A DNA stretch of 59,787 nucleotides, filler included, from 5 parts of 5 records of this genome joined end to end with filler, not necessarily neighbours in it; one strand, 5' to 3'; counted from the first letter of the whole stretch, positions 28,789 to 38,001 are shown. Translations and numbers: made by a program. Notes: generated from the sequence alone by a model not told the origin.

Positions 28789-29163
28789 ATGCAAAACTAT
28801 ATCGACGGATTTGTCCTCCCGATTCCACGCATTCATCTGGCAGAATATCAAAGTGTCGCAGAACAGGTTGCACACATCTGGAAGGAGTACGGCGCGCTCG
28901 CCTATTGTGAATATGTTGGTGATGACTTAACATTGGAAGGCACGCAGACTTTTGCGAAACTCGTTGATGCCACAGATGATGAAGTCGTCATTTTTGGATG
29001 GGTCGTTTTCGAATCGCGCGAGGCGCGCGACCTGGCCAACAAACAAGTTCCGTCCGATCCAAGAATGCAAGACTTGGTCGGCCCATTGACTGATCCGTCA
29101 AGAATAATTTTTGATGCCAATCGAATGGTCTACGGTGGGTTTAAGCCGCTCGTGCAGGTGTAA
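28789..29163 (+). CDS. DUF1428 (YbaA-like) family protein
   Basis: YIDGFVLP, WKEYGALAYCEYVGDD, SREARD and FDANRMVYGGFK motifs. Confidence 0.88.
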   Translation: MQNYIDGFVLPIPRIHLAEYQSVAEQVAHIWKEYGALAYCEYVGDDLTLEGTQTFAKLVDATDDEVVIFGWVVFESREARDLANKQVPSDPRMQDLVGPLTDPSRIIFDANRMVYGGFKPLVQV

Positions 29164-29220
29164 CTATCCCTACAATTTGTACAGTCGGCGGACAAAGAAT
29201 CGCAAATATCGATAGCGTCC

Positions 29221-29910
29221 CTACCCCTGCCGCTTAACCATCTCACCAATCCAAATCGGCGCAAACGGTGAAGTACAGCCCTTCGAAACCGGATAGTCAC
29301 TAAAAACACCCAGTTTTTCGCCAATCGCAATCGCGCGTGCACGCAGATCGGGATGGTTAATTCCAATCTCAACAAGTGCCATATTCATCGTCCATTGTGC
29401 AGCCGGATCCGCATCACCCATTTCAGCTTCAATGCGGTCCAACAGCTCTGGTATGTTTAAGCCCTCGGGGCTTTTAACAACACGCTGGGCAGTCAGATTC
29501 CATCCGGCACGCGCCGCCATATTATTATCAGACTCCATCCATTTTTGCCGCAGGGTTTCTTTGTCGGGGTGCTGTTTAACAACATAAGAATTGAGCCAGT
29601 CGGCCACCCACCAAAACTGCTCGGAACGCACCCATTGGTCGAGTTCATCGGCCGTCAGCAACTTCGGTTTAACGATCAGGCAGGCGAGCTGTCGCGCCTC
29701 AATGTACCCGGTTGGCCACAACTCCAAGGCCAAGTCGTGATTGCTTTTGATCTTTTTGGCGAGTTTTCTGATTTCACCCATGCGCACACCAAACTGCCGA
29801 ATCTCAGCGATTCCCTGCTTGGCTGCATGCCGGACGTTCTGCACGCGCATTTTTTCGTCCGCCAGCTCTTCGAGTTCTTTGAGCGCTTCATGTAGTTCCA
29901 CAGCTTCCAC
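29221..29910 (-). CDS. DNA alkylation repair protein (AlkD-like HEAT-repeat family)
   Basis: FGVRMGEIRKLAKKIK, LALELW...EARQLA, QWTMN and KGCTSPFAPIWI motifs. Start is GTG 29910 or 29901. Confidence 0.85.
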   Translation of the reverse strand: MEAVELHEALKELEELADEKMRVQNVRHAAKQGIAEIRQFGVRMGEIRKLAKKIKSNHDLALELWPTGYIEARQLACLIVKPKLLTADELDQWVRSEQFWWVADWLNSYVVKQHPDKETLRQKWMESDNNMAARAGWNLTAQRVVKSPEGLNIPELLDRIEAEMGDADPAAQWTMNMALVEIGINHPDLRARAIAIGEKLGVFSDYPVSKGCTSPFAPIWIGEMVKRQG

Positions 29911-30012
29911 CTCTGCGTTGATGTCCTGACATGGTACTTTACTATTGCCAACCGGTCCATAATTTGACGTTTTTCACAACAACCTACAAATGTTAATTCT
30001 TCTGTAAGACTT

Positions 30013-30097
30013 GATCGCTTTGAGCTGACTCCTTCCACTCGCATCTCAGGCTTTTATGAGTTTCTTGTTTGTCACTGATCCAACAAGCTCAGGCAAG
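30013..30097 (+). repeat. Palindromic intergenic repeat, copy 2 (internally deleted)
   Basis: GATCGCTTTGAGCTGACTCCTTCCACTCGCATCTCAGGCTTTTATGAGTTTCTTGTTTGTC closely matches 31519-31579; the right arm is largely missing. Confidence 0.8.
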
Positions 30098-30221
30098 TGA
30101 GTCTGTGTAATAGCATCGGATACACGAACGTCAACCCCAAAGCCCATACAAACCCCCGAATCTCATGTTGTTGAATTTCTCCTGGCTCTAAACTAACTTA
30201 CCACATCTGCCGGCTTCGCAT

Positions 30222-30251
30222 TTGGCATGCACTGCCGGCTGTGCATGCCAA
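30222..30251. other. 11-bp perfect stem-loop upstream of the Crp/Fnr gene
   Basis: TTGGCATGCAC-TGCCGGCT-GTGCATGCCAA. Confidence 0.5.
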
Positions 30252-30319
30252 GTTTGCCAAAGAATATTACTCTCAAACAGTTCCCAACTGTTAATTTTAC
30301 CCCACTATTACAACAGCAA

Positions 30320-30889
30320 ATGAACGATCTCAAACAGTACTTGTGCAACTTTTACGAGATAGATAGAATCATCCTGGATGAATACACTTCACTGTGGACG
30401 GAATATTCAGCGCCGCGCAAATCAATACTCACCAGCCCCGAGCAGATAGAACGTTACTTGTATTTTGTTAAAAGCGGCAGCCAACGTTTGCACTATGTGA
30501 GCGAAGGCAAGGAGCACACCATGTTCTTTTCGTATCCGCCATCTTTTTCAGGAGTGATAGAATCCTTTTTCACACAGAAACCCTCGCGCTATTTTTTGGA
30601 AACGATCAGTGCGAGTCAATTCCTGCGCATTGAATACGGCACACATCAGCGTTTACTTCAAGAACACCGCCAACTCGAAACACTATTCAGAAAAATCACG
30701 GAAGAGCTACTCTTCAGAGTCGTTGAGCGGCAACACGAACTGTTAACATTCGACGCCAAAACGCGTCTGCACGTATTCCTGCAGCGAAGCCCACATCTAC
30801 TTAACATGATCCCACAACATTTGCTGGCCTCGTACTTAAGAATCGACCCAACGAACTTTAGCAAACACATCAATCAAAAGAAGCTCTAA
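30320..30889 (+). CDS. Crp/Fnr-family transcriptional regulator (Bacteroidota short type)
   Basis: cNMP-binding-like LYFVKSGSQR...EGKEHT and C-terminal IPQHLLASYLRIDPTNFSK HTH; start moved to ATG 30320. Confidence 0.88.
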   Translation: MNDLKQYLCNFYEIDRIILDEYTSLWTEYSAPRKSILTSPEQIERYLYFVKSGSQRLHYVSEGKEHTMFFSYPPSFSGVIESFFTQKPSRYFLETISASQFLRIEYGTHQRLLQEHRQLETLFRKITEELLFRVVERQHELLTFDAKTRLHVFLQRSPHLLNMIPQHLLASYLRIDPTNFSKHINQKKL

Positions 30890-30891
30890 AT

Positions 30892-30909
30892 TCTTGGTAT
30901 TTACCAAGA
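30892..30909. promoter_or_regulatory. Candidate operator for the adjacent Crp/Fnr regulator
   Basis: TCTTGGTA-TT-TACCAAGA inverted repeat right after the regulator stop, upstream of a CACATTTG -7-like box and the SnoaL gene. Confidence 0.55.
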
Positions 30910-30980
30910 TTACTTAAAGATTTTGCAGCCACATTTGCACCAAAATAAATGTTTCCAAAAACATTAACAGTTGAGTTACA

Positions 30981-31424
30981 ATGCGACACATCCTCCTGCT
31001 GGCGCTGGGCCTTTTTGGCATTGCAACAACATCATTAACAAGTCAGGACAAGACCATGGACAATCAAGAGATGGTTCGAACATTTCTGGATGGATTTAAC
31101 GACTCTTCAAAAATCCAGGGCTCACTGGATCTGCTGGCTGAAGACTACCACTTCACAAACCCGATGGTCGAGCTGCACTCCAAGGCCGAGTTTATTATTC
31201 TGGCACAGGAAATCGGCAAAGTGTTAACTGGCGTGGAAATAATCCGTCTAGCTGAGAATGACAACTGGGTCGCCGCATTCTACATCTTCAGATCCGCAAT
31301 TCCGGGTGTAGAATCGAATATTGCCACGGAGTGGTTTAGAATTGAGGGTGGGCTTATCGTCGAATCACGTTTGGTTTATGACGCTTCAAAATGGCAGAAG
31401 ATATATCAACAAATTGACAAATGA
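30981..31424 (+). CDS. SnoaL-like/NTF2-fold protein with signal peptide
   Basis: LLAEDYHFTNP and EWFRIEGGLIVESRLVYD patterns; hydrophobic N-terminus. Confidence 0.8.
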   Translation: MRHILLLALGLFGIATTSLTSQDKTMDNQEMVRTFLDGFNDSSKIQGSLDLLAEDYHFTNPMVELHSKAEFIILAQEIGKVLTGVEIIRLAENDNWVAAFYIFRSAIPGVESNIATEWFRIEGGLIVESRLVYDASKWQKIYQQIDK

Positions 31425-31470
31425 GACGCTGATCTCATGAATCGCGATCCCGAGCTTTAGTCTCAATGAC

Positions 31471-31499
31471 ATAGCTGTTAGCCTTAGGCTAACAGCTAT
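31471..31499. repeat. Perfect palindrome ATAGCTGTTAGCCT-T-AGGCTAACAGCTAT (terminator/REP-like)
   Basis: 14-bp arms followed by a T run; same core as 11588-11610. Confidence 0.7.
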
Positions 31500-31518
31500 T
31501 TTTCAGCCATTTTTTACT

Positions 31519-31673
31519 GACCGCTTTGAGCTGACTCGCTCCACTCGCATCTCAGGCTCTTTTGAATTTCTTGCTTGTCTCTCAACGACAACTCAAAAGC
31601 TTTTGATTCGGCGCTCAGCGACTAACAAAACAATCATAAAGCAAGCTGATCACCAGAGGTGGCAGCGCTGCAA
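31519..31673 (+). repeat. Palindromic intergenic repeat, copy 3 (most complete)
   Basis: 5' CGCTTTGAGC...CTCAGGC module, an imperfect palindrome at 31556-31642 centred on AAAAGCTTTT, and a 3' AAGCTGATCACCAGAGGTGGCAGCGCTGCAA module. Confidence 0.82.
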
Positions 31674-31884
31674 TCCTGGAGTAATGTCCACGCCCAGATC
31701 AACACCCAAACCCACAAACATTCCAGCCCACGCGCACGAATTTGCCTGTATAATCGTCAATACGGCTCTCTCTCGGCGGTGGCGGCCCTCCAGAAATCAA
31801 TCAGTGATTTTGTTCGGGTGATGAGAACTGCCCACATAATGCCATGCACGTAATTCTTCCTCTAACACACAATTGAAAGTCTTT

Positions 31885-34686
31885 ATGCGCAGATATACTG
31901 AATACCTCTCGGAAATTGAAGAAAGAAAAGGCCAGGACCTCAATCCGAAGCCGATTGATGATGCCGAATTGCTCAGCGAAATCATTGCGCAGATCAAAGA
32001 CCTGGACAACGAGCACAGACAAGATTCGCTCAAGTTCTTTATTTACAATGTGTTACCGGGAACAACAAGTGCCGCCGGCGTCAAAGCTACCTTCCTGAAA
32101 GAAATCATTCTCGGCCAGGAAAAAGTAGAAGAAATCACGCCCGCCTACGCCTTTGAGCAGCTGTCACACATGAAAGGTGGACCTTCGATCAATGTGCTGC
32201 TCGACCTGGCCCTCGGTGATGATGCCGCGATTGCGAATGAAGCCGCCAAAGTCCTCAAGACACAGGTTTTCCTGTATGAAGCCGACATGGAACGCCTCGC
32301 AGCCGCCTTCAAAAATGGCAGCGCCGTCGCTAAAGACATCCTCGAGAGTTATGCCCAGGCTGAGTTCTTCACGAAACTGCCACAAGTTGAAGAAGAGATC
32401 AAACTGATTACCTACGTCGCCGGAATTGGCGATATCTCGACCGACCTGCTTTCGCCGGGTAACGAGGCGCACTCGCGCTCCGACCGCGAACTGCACGGAA
32501 AGTGTTTGATTACGCCGCAGGCACAACAAGAACTCGTCGCGATGCAAGCCGAACATCCCGACAAACGCGTGATGCTGATCGCCGAAAAAGGCACGATGGG
32601 TGTTGGATCCTCCCGAATGTCGGGCGTCAACAACGTCGCGCTCTGGATTGGCAAACCGGCCAGCCCCTACGTTCCCTTTGTCAATATTGCGCCTGTTGTT
32701 GCAGGTACAAATGGCATTTCGCCGATCTTCATGACAACGGTTAGCGTCACCGGCGGGATTGGCCTGGACCTCAAAAACTGGGTCAAAAAGACAGATGCCG
32801 ACGGCAATCCTGTGCTGGATGCCGACGGCGAAGTTGTGCTCGAACAAGCCTATTCGGTCGACACCGGCACCGTGCTGACAATCAACACCAAGACCAAAAA
32901 ACTCTACAATGGCGACGAGGAGCTCATCGATGTTTCGGGAGCCCTGACGCCACAGAAAATGGAATTCATGCGCGCCGGCGGTTCCTACGCAATTGTCTTC
33001 GGCAAAAAGCTGCAGACCTTCGCCGCCAAGACACTCGGCACGGAAGCGCCCGCCGTTTTTGCGCCATCCAAAGAGATTTCGCACGAAGGCCAGGGCCTGA
33101 CCGCGGTCGAGAAAATCTTCAATAAAAATGCCGTGGGCACCACGCCGGGCAAAGTCCTGCACGCCGGCTCGGATGTGCGCGTGGAAGTCAACATCGTCGG
33201 TTCGCAGGACACGACGGGTTTGATGACGGCACAGGAACTTGAGTCGATGGCCGCCACGGTGATTTCGCCGATTGTCGATGGCGCCTATCAGTCCGGCTGC
33301 CACACCGCCTCGGTTTGGGACAGAAAAGCACAGGCGAATATCCCCAAACTGATGCAGTTCATGAACGACTTTGGCCTGATTACGGCACGCGACCCCAAAG
33401 GCGAATATCACGCCATGACCGACGTGATCCACAAAGTGCTCAACGATATTACAATCGATGACTGGGCGATCATCATCGGCGGTGACTCACACACAAGAAT
33501 GTCCAAAGGTGTCGCTTTTGGCGCCGACTCCGGGACTGTCGCTCTGGCGCTGGCCACCGGCGAAGCCTCTATGCCGATCCCTGAGTCCGTCAAAGTCACC
33601 TTCAAAGGCCAAATGCACGACCACATGGATTTCCGTGATGTTGTGCACGCCACGCAGGCGCAGATGCTGCAGAAGTTCGCCGGCGACAATGTTTTCCAGG
33701 GCCGCATCATAGAAGTGCACATCGGGACTTTGCCCGCCGATCAGGCATTTACCTTCACCGACTGGACGGCCGAGATGAAGGCCAAAGCGTCAATCTGTAT
33801 TTCACAGGACGACACGCTGATTGAGTCGCTCGAAATTGCCAAGAGCCGCATCCAGATCATGATCGAAAAAGGCATGGACAATGAGCCACAGGTCCTGCAG
33901 GGTCTGATCGACAAAGCCAATCAGCGTATTGAAGAAATTCGCTCCGGCAAAAAACCGGCGCTAACACCTGATGCAGATGCCAAGTATTTCGCTGAATTTG
34001 AAGTTGATCTGGACGCGATTGTGCAACCGATGATCGCCGATCCGGATGTGCACAACGAGGATGTCTCCAAGCGTTACACACACGACACGATTCGCGAGCT
34101 GTCATTCTATGGCGGCAAAAAACATATCGATCTTGGATTTGTCGGCTCCTGCATGGTTCACAAGGGCGACCTCAAAATTGTGGCACAAATGCTGCGCAAC
34201 CTGGAAGCACTTAACGGCACGGTTGATTTCCAGGCACCGTTAATTGTTGCCGCTCCAACCTACAACATCATCGATGAGCTTAAGGAAGAGGGCGACTGGG
34301 ACGTTCTGCAGAAGTATTCCGGCTTTGAGTTTAACGATTTGGCTCCCAAAAGTGCGGCGCGCACGGAGTACGAAAACATGATGTACCTGGAGCGTCCCGG
34401 CTGCAACCTCTGCATGGGCAACCAGGAAAAAGCCGCCAAGGGTGATACGGTTCTGGCGACCTCTACGCGTCTTTTCCAGGGACGTGTTGTTGCCGATTCG
34501 GAGCGCAAAAAGGGCGAATCCTTGCTGGCGTCTACGCCGGTTGTTGTACTCGCAGCAATTCTGGGACGCACGCCCACGATGGAAGAATATTCCGCAGCCG
34601 TTGAAGGCATTAAACTGACGAAGTTTGCGCCGCCTGTTAAACAGATGACGTCGAACGGTGCGCCGGGCCACCTGCTTGCGTACTAA
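31885..34686 (+). CDS. acnB: Bifunctional aconitate hydratase 2 / 2-methylisocitrate dehydratase
   Basis: N-terminal HEAT-like region; STDLLSP, GVGSSR, GSQDTTG, SGCHT, GGDSHTR, FVGSCM, PGCNLCMGNQ (Fe-S Cys) and TSTRLF motifs. ATG at 31885. Confidence 0.95.
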   Translation: MRRYTEYLSEIEERKGQDLNPKPIDDAELLSEIIAQIKDLDNEHRQDSLKFFIYNVLPGTTSAAGVKATFLKEIILGQEKVEEITPAYAFEQLSHMKGGPSINVLLDLALGDDAAIANEAAKVLKTQVFLYEADMERLAAAFKNGSAVAKDILESYAQAEFFTKLPQVEEEIKLITYVAGIGDISTDLLSPGNEAHSRSDRELHGKCLITPQAQQELVAMQAEHPDKRVMLIAEKGTMGVGSSRMSGVNNVALWIGKPASPYVPFVNIAPVVAGTNGISPIFMTTVSVTGGIGLDLKNWVKKTDADGNPVLDADGEVVLEQAYSVDTGTVLTINTKTKKLYNGDEELIDVSGALTPQKMEFMRAGGSYAIVFGKKLQTFAAKTLGTEAPAVFAPSKEISHEGQGLTAVEKIFNKNAVGTTPGKVLHAGSDVRVEVNIVGSQDTTGLMTAQELESMAATVISPIVDGAYQSGCHTASVWDRKAQANIPKLMQFMNDFGLITARDPKGEYHAMTDVIHKVLNDITIDDWAIIIGGDSHTRMSKGVAFGADSGTVALALATGEASMPIPESVKVTFKGQMHDHMDFRDVVHATQAQMLQKFAGDNVFQGRIIEVHIGTLPADQAFTFTDWTAEMKAKASICISQDDTLIESLEIAKSRIQIMIEKGMDNEPQVLQGLIDKANQRIEEIRSGKKPALTPDADAKYFAEFEVDLDAIVQPMIADPDVHNEDVSKRYTHDTIRELSFYGGKKHIDLGFVGSCMVHKGDLKIVAQMLRNLEALNGTVDFQAPLIVAAPTYNIIDELKEEGDWDVLQKYSGFEFNDLAPKSAARTEYENMMYLERPGCNLCMGNQEKAAKGDTVLATSTRLFQGRVVADSERKKGESLLASTPVVVLAAILGRTPTMEEYSAAVEGIKLTKFAPPVKQMTSNGAPGHLLAY

Positions 34687-34726
34687 GCTCTGTCGTGTTT
34701 AATGCACAGGCAATTACGTTTAAACA

Positions 34727-34826
34727 NNNNNNNNNNNNNNNNNNNNNNNNNNNNNNNNNNNNNNNNNNNNTTAATTAATTAANNNNNNNNNNNNNNNNNN
34801 NNNNNNNNNNNNNNNNNNNNNNNNNN
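34727..34826. other. Artificial contig linker
   Basis: N44-TTAATTAATTAA-N44. Confidence 0.99.
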
Positions 34827-34827
34827 G

Positions 34828-35109
34828 GAAGGAGAGTCAATCTTAATCCGCGGATTCTTTGATAAGGAAATATATAACATAAAGTTAATCTACGAGGGGA
34901 CTGAAACATTAGACACCAACCTTGGCAAGAAAGAAACTTATATTTTCTCCCCTCAACTCCCGAAGAACAAACTTTTCAGAGGCGATTATCCAGTGAAGGT
35001 CTGGGTCACAAAGGATCAGAACAAAATCCCTGTAAAAATCAAAGCAAATCTTTTTATCGGATCATTGAATTTAGACATCATATCTGCGAAGGGACTGAAA
35101 AACAACTAA
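34828..35109 (+). CDS. C-terminal fragment of a DUF3108-like protein (5' end cut; not in the ORF track)
   Basis: Manual translation ends ...VKVWVTKDQNKIPVKIKANLFIGSLNLDIISAKGLKNN*, typical of Bacteroidota DUF3108 C-termini. Confidence 0.75.
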   Translation, partial: EGESILIRGFFDKEIYNIKLIYEGTETLDTNLGKKETYIFSPQLPKNKLFRGDYPVKVWVTKDQNKIPVKIKANLFIGSLNLDIISAKGLKNN

Positions 35110-35120
35110 TTCAAAAGATC

Positions 35121-35139
35121 ATAACATTAGGATAACATT
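35121..35139 (+). promoter_or_regulatory. Direct repeat ATAACATT-N3-ATAACATT (Pho-box-like, 11-bp period)
   Basis: Two identical 8-mers one helical turn apart, ~120 nt upstream of an OmpR/PhoB-family regulator gene. Confidence 0.5.
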
Positions 35140-35260
35140 GTACTGCTATTACCAAATTTTCTTGTCATTTTCATAGTGTGGCTCGTACATAGACAATCTA
35201 TTGTTTGGCTTCAATCCTTAAATATTCCTTAATTTTAACCCAAACATTAAGAAATCACTG

Positions 35261-35953
35261 ATGAGCGATAAGCAAAAAATCAAAGTTCTGGTAGTTGACG
35301 ACGAACCTGATATTGTTGAAATCCTGAAATACAATCTCCAAAAAGAAGGCTATGAAGTAGCAACCGCCGAAGATGGAATCAAAGCAGTAAAAGTTGCTGC
35401 GAAATTTTTGCCGGATGTGATTCTTCTAGACATCATGATGCCAAATCAGGACGGTGTCGAAACCTGCCTACAGGTAAGACAGATTCCGGAGCTCAAAAAC
35501 ACCTTTATTATTTTCCTTACAGCGCGTATGGAAGAATACTCTGAAGTTGCCGCATTTGACGTCGGAGCGGATGATTACATCACCAAGCCCATCAAGCCTA
35601 GAGCGTTGATGAGCAGAATTTCAGCTTTGTTCAGACGTGAATCCAAAAAAGAGCAGGAGCAGATTCAAATCAAAATCCGTGACTTAATCATTGACAGAGG
35701 AAGTTATACGATTGACAAGTCTGGAAAGACGATTACCCTGCCCAAGAAAGAATTTGAGCTTTTGTATTTCCTAGCCAAAAACCCTAATATCGTTTTCAGT
35801 AGAGACGAACTTCTCCAAAATATCTGGGGTGCCGATGTCTTTGTATTGGCGAGAACTGTAGATGTGCATATTAGAAAAGTGCGTGAAAAGATTGGAGAAG
35901 ACTACATCACTACTGTGAAAGGTGTAGGCTATAAATTCGAATTAGGGCAATAA
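35261..35953 (+). CDS. OmpR/PhoB-family response regulator (PhoP/PhoB-like)
   Basis: VVDDE, LLDIMMP and DDYITKP receiver motifs; winged helix RTVDVHIRKVREK...TVKGVGY. Confidence 0.93.
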   Translation: MSDKQKIKVLVVDDEPDIVEILKYNLQKEGYEVATAEDGIKAVKVAAKFLPDVILLDIMMPNQDGVETCLQVRQIPELKNTFIIFLTARMEEYSEVAAFDVGADDYITKPIKPRALMSRISALFRRESKKEQEQIQIKIRDLIIDRGSYTIDKSGKTITLPKKEFELLYFLAKNPNIVFSRDELLQNIWGADVFVLARTVDVHIRKVREKIGEDYITTVKGVGYKFELGQ

Positions 35954-37030
35954 ATGTTTACCACTTCCAGAGGAATTTCTTTGATCCTGGCTTTAGCCAT
36001 CTCGGCTCTGGTTGCGGCTTTTTTGTCTTTAATGGATGGCGCAGACCTTCTTTTGCTCCTAGTTGCTTGGGGAGTATCTTTTTCGTCATCCTATTTGCTG
36101 ATTTCCTTTATGCTGGAGTATTTAATCTTCAAGGAGATTGGGGATATTTATTCTCTTTTAGAAAAAATCCAACGCAAGGATCTTTCTGAAATCAGCGAAA
36201 AAGGCCGTAAGGGCTCTATTTCACCACTTAGAAAAATAAATAAAGTCATCAACTCCTATGCGATTGCCCGCCAAAAGGAGATAGACACACTACAGAAAAA
36301 TGCAGTTTTCCGTCGGGAATTTATTGCTGATATTTCTCATGAATTGAAAACTCCAATTTTTGCCACTCAGGGCTACATCCACACACTGCTTGACGGCGCT
36401 ATAGATGACAAGCAAGTTCGTATGCGCTTTCTGAAACGAGCAGCTAAAAGCCTCGACTCTCTAGACATCTTAGTTCAAGATCTTCTGACACTTAACCAAA
36501 TGGAAAGTGGTGTAATCAAATTTAACTTTACAGAATTTGATTTAAAGGAACTCTTGGAAGAAGTAATGGAGGAGCTGGAGCACAAAGCTTCTAAGCGTGA
36601 CATGCACATAAAGTTTGAGGTGCAGCCTGACAAGCATTACCTTACGAATGGAGACAGGCAGAAGATCTATCGGGTTTGTCAAAACCTAATTTTCAATGCC
36701 ATGAAATACAATCAAAATGGCGGTGAGGTACAGGTAGTATTAAAAACCCATAAAAACACTATCCAAGTAGATGTGACCGATGACGGCCCGGGAATCCCGC
36801 CGGAAGATCTGAAAAGAATTTTTGAACGATTCTATCGTGTGGAGAAAAGTAGAAATAAAAAAGAAGGAGGCACAGGCCTCGGTCTGGCCATTGTAAAACA
36901 TATTCTGGAGGGTCACAAAAGCAAGATTTCGGTGAGTTCAACAGTTGGTAAAGGTTCTATTTTCAGCTTTTCTCTTCCATTGGTGAAAAGCGACTCTATG
37001 GAGGACAAACATAAAGCGGCAACTCTCTAA
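35954..37030 (+). CDS. Sensor histidine kinase (PhoR-like)
   Basis: Two N-terminal TMs; ISHELKTP H-box, NLIFNAMKY, DDGPGI, FERFYRV and GGTGLGLAIVKH. Confidence 0.92.
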   Translation: MFTTSRGISLILALAISALVAAFLSLMDGADLLLLLVAWGVSFSSSYLLISFMLEYLIFKEIGDIYSLLEKIQRKDLSEISEKGRKGSISPLRKINKVINSYAIARQKEIDTLQKNAVFRREFIADISHELKTPIFATQGYIHTLLDGAIDDKQVRMRFLKRAAKSLDSLDILVQDLLTLNQMESGVIKFNFTEFDLKELLEEVMEELEHKASKRDMHIKFEVQPDKHYLTNGDRQKIYRVCQNLIFNAMKYNQNGGEVQVVLKTHKNTIQVDVTDDGPGIPPEDLKRIFERFYRVEKSRNKKEGGTGLGLAIVKHILEGHKSKISVSSTVGKGSIFSFSLPLVKSDSMEDKHKAATL

Positions 37031-37071
37031 GAATAAAACCTAGAGAAGTTTTTTAACCATCCTTTTTTTCC

Positions 37072-37079
37072 TACTTTTG
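37072..37079 (+). promoter_or_regulatory. Bacteroidota -7 promoter element (TAnnTTTG)
   Basis: TACTTTTG 30 nt upstream of the RluA gene ATG. Confidence 0.55.
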
Positions 37080-37109
37080 CAGCCTCAATTGAAAGAGGCA
37101 GGAGAATCC

Positions 37110-37820
37110 ATGAAGAAAGTAGATTTTGACAATCTTATTCTGTTTGAAAACGAGGATTACCTGGTAATCAATAAACCGCCGTACCTATCAAGCTTAGACG
37201 ATAGACACGAAGCGCAGAACATCCTAGACCTTGCCAAGGCACACACCCCCGATGCCCAGCTGTGCCATAGATTGGATAAGGAAACTTCAGGATGTCTAGT
37301 GATTGCCAAGAATCCAGCGGCCTACAGGCATTTGGCTATGCAGTTTGAAAGCAGAAAAGTAAACAAAGTCTATCATGCAGTGGTGGAAGGGATCAAGGAA
37401 TTCAGCGATGAGCTGGTGGACCGAAATCTCTTGGCCAACAACAAAGGAATCGCCAAAGTAAGTAAGGATGGCAAGCCAGCACAGACAGTTTTCAATACCT
37501 TGAAGACTTACTATGCGCACACCCTAGTCGAGTGCAAGCCCATCACTGGGAGACTGCATCAGATCAGGGTGCATTTGGCTTATCTGAAGTCACCCATTTG
37601 TGGTGACACCTTATATAGAGGCAACCCTTTATACCTTTCTTCTATCAAGCGTCGCTTCAATTTAAAAAAAGAGACAGAAGAATTACCAATTATGCAGCGG
37701 GTTTCGCTTCATGCTTATTCGATTGGATTTAAGGGTCTGGATGACAAGGAAATATTCGTAAATGCGCCCTATCCTAAGGATTTCAAGGTTTTGGTCAATC
37801 AACTAGAGAAAACCAGCTAA
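37110..37820 (+). CDS. RluA-family pseudouridine synthase
   Basis: VINKP, HRLDKETSG (catalytic Asp), TGRLHQIRVHL, GDTLY and LHAYS motifs. Confidence 0.93.
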   Translation: MKKVDFDNLILFENEDYLVINKPPYLSSLDDRHEAQNILDLAKAHTPDAQLCHRLDKETSGCLVIAKNPAAYRHLAMQFESRKVNKVYHAVVEGIKEFSDELVDRNLLANNKGIAKVSKDGKPAQTVFNTLKTYYAHTLVECKPITGRLHQIRVHLAYLKSPICGDTLYRGNPLYLSSIKRRFNLKKETEELPIMQRVSLHAYSIGFKGLDDKEIFVNAPYPKDFKVLVNQLEKTS

Positions 37821-37937
37821 GAGATTTAGATCGAAAAAAAGCAAGAAACAACCGGTTTTAAGAGGTAGTAAAACGCTAAGCCTGTGAAAATTAGGACTTA
37901 GTATTGGAAATATTTTGCATCGAAAATAAAATACTCC

Positions 37938-37945
37938 TATCTTTG
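37938..37945 (+). promoter_or_regulatory. Bacteroidota -7 promoter element for the rplM operon
   Basis: TATCTTTG 56 nt upstream of rplM, followed by a small CCCT-TTTTG-AGGG leader hairpin. Confidence 0.6.
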
Positions 37946-38001
37946 TGTCCCTTTTTGAGGGTGAAATAAATTTAACAAGCTAAATATTAAACAGTTACAC
38001 A

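Noticed and set aside
31471..31499. GTTAGCC/GGCTAAC read as an integron attC site
   Set aside because: The boxes are in the reverse order of attC (GTT box first) and only 3 nt apart, and no integron integrase is present.
26521..31673. Repeat family read as a CRISPR array
   Set aside because: Copies are long, diverged and kilobases apart; there are no regular spacers and no cas genes.
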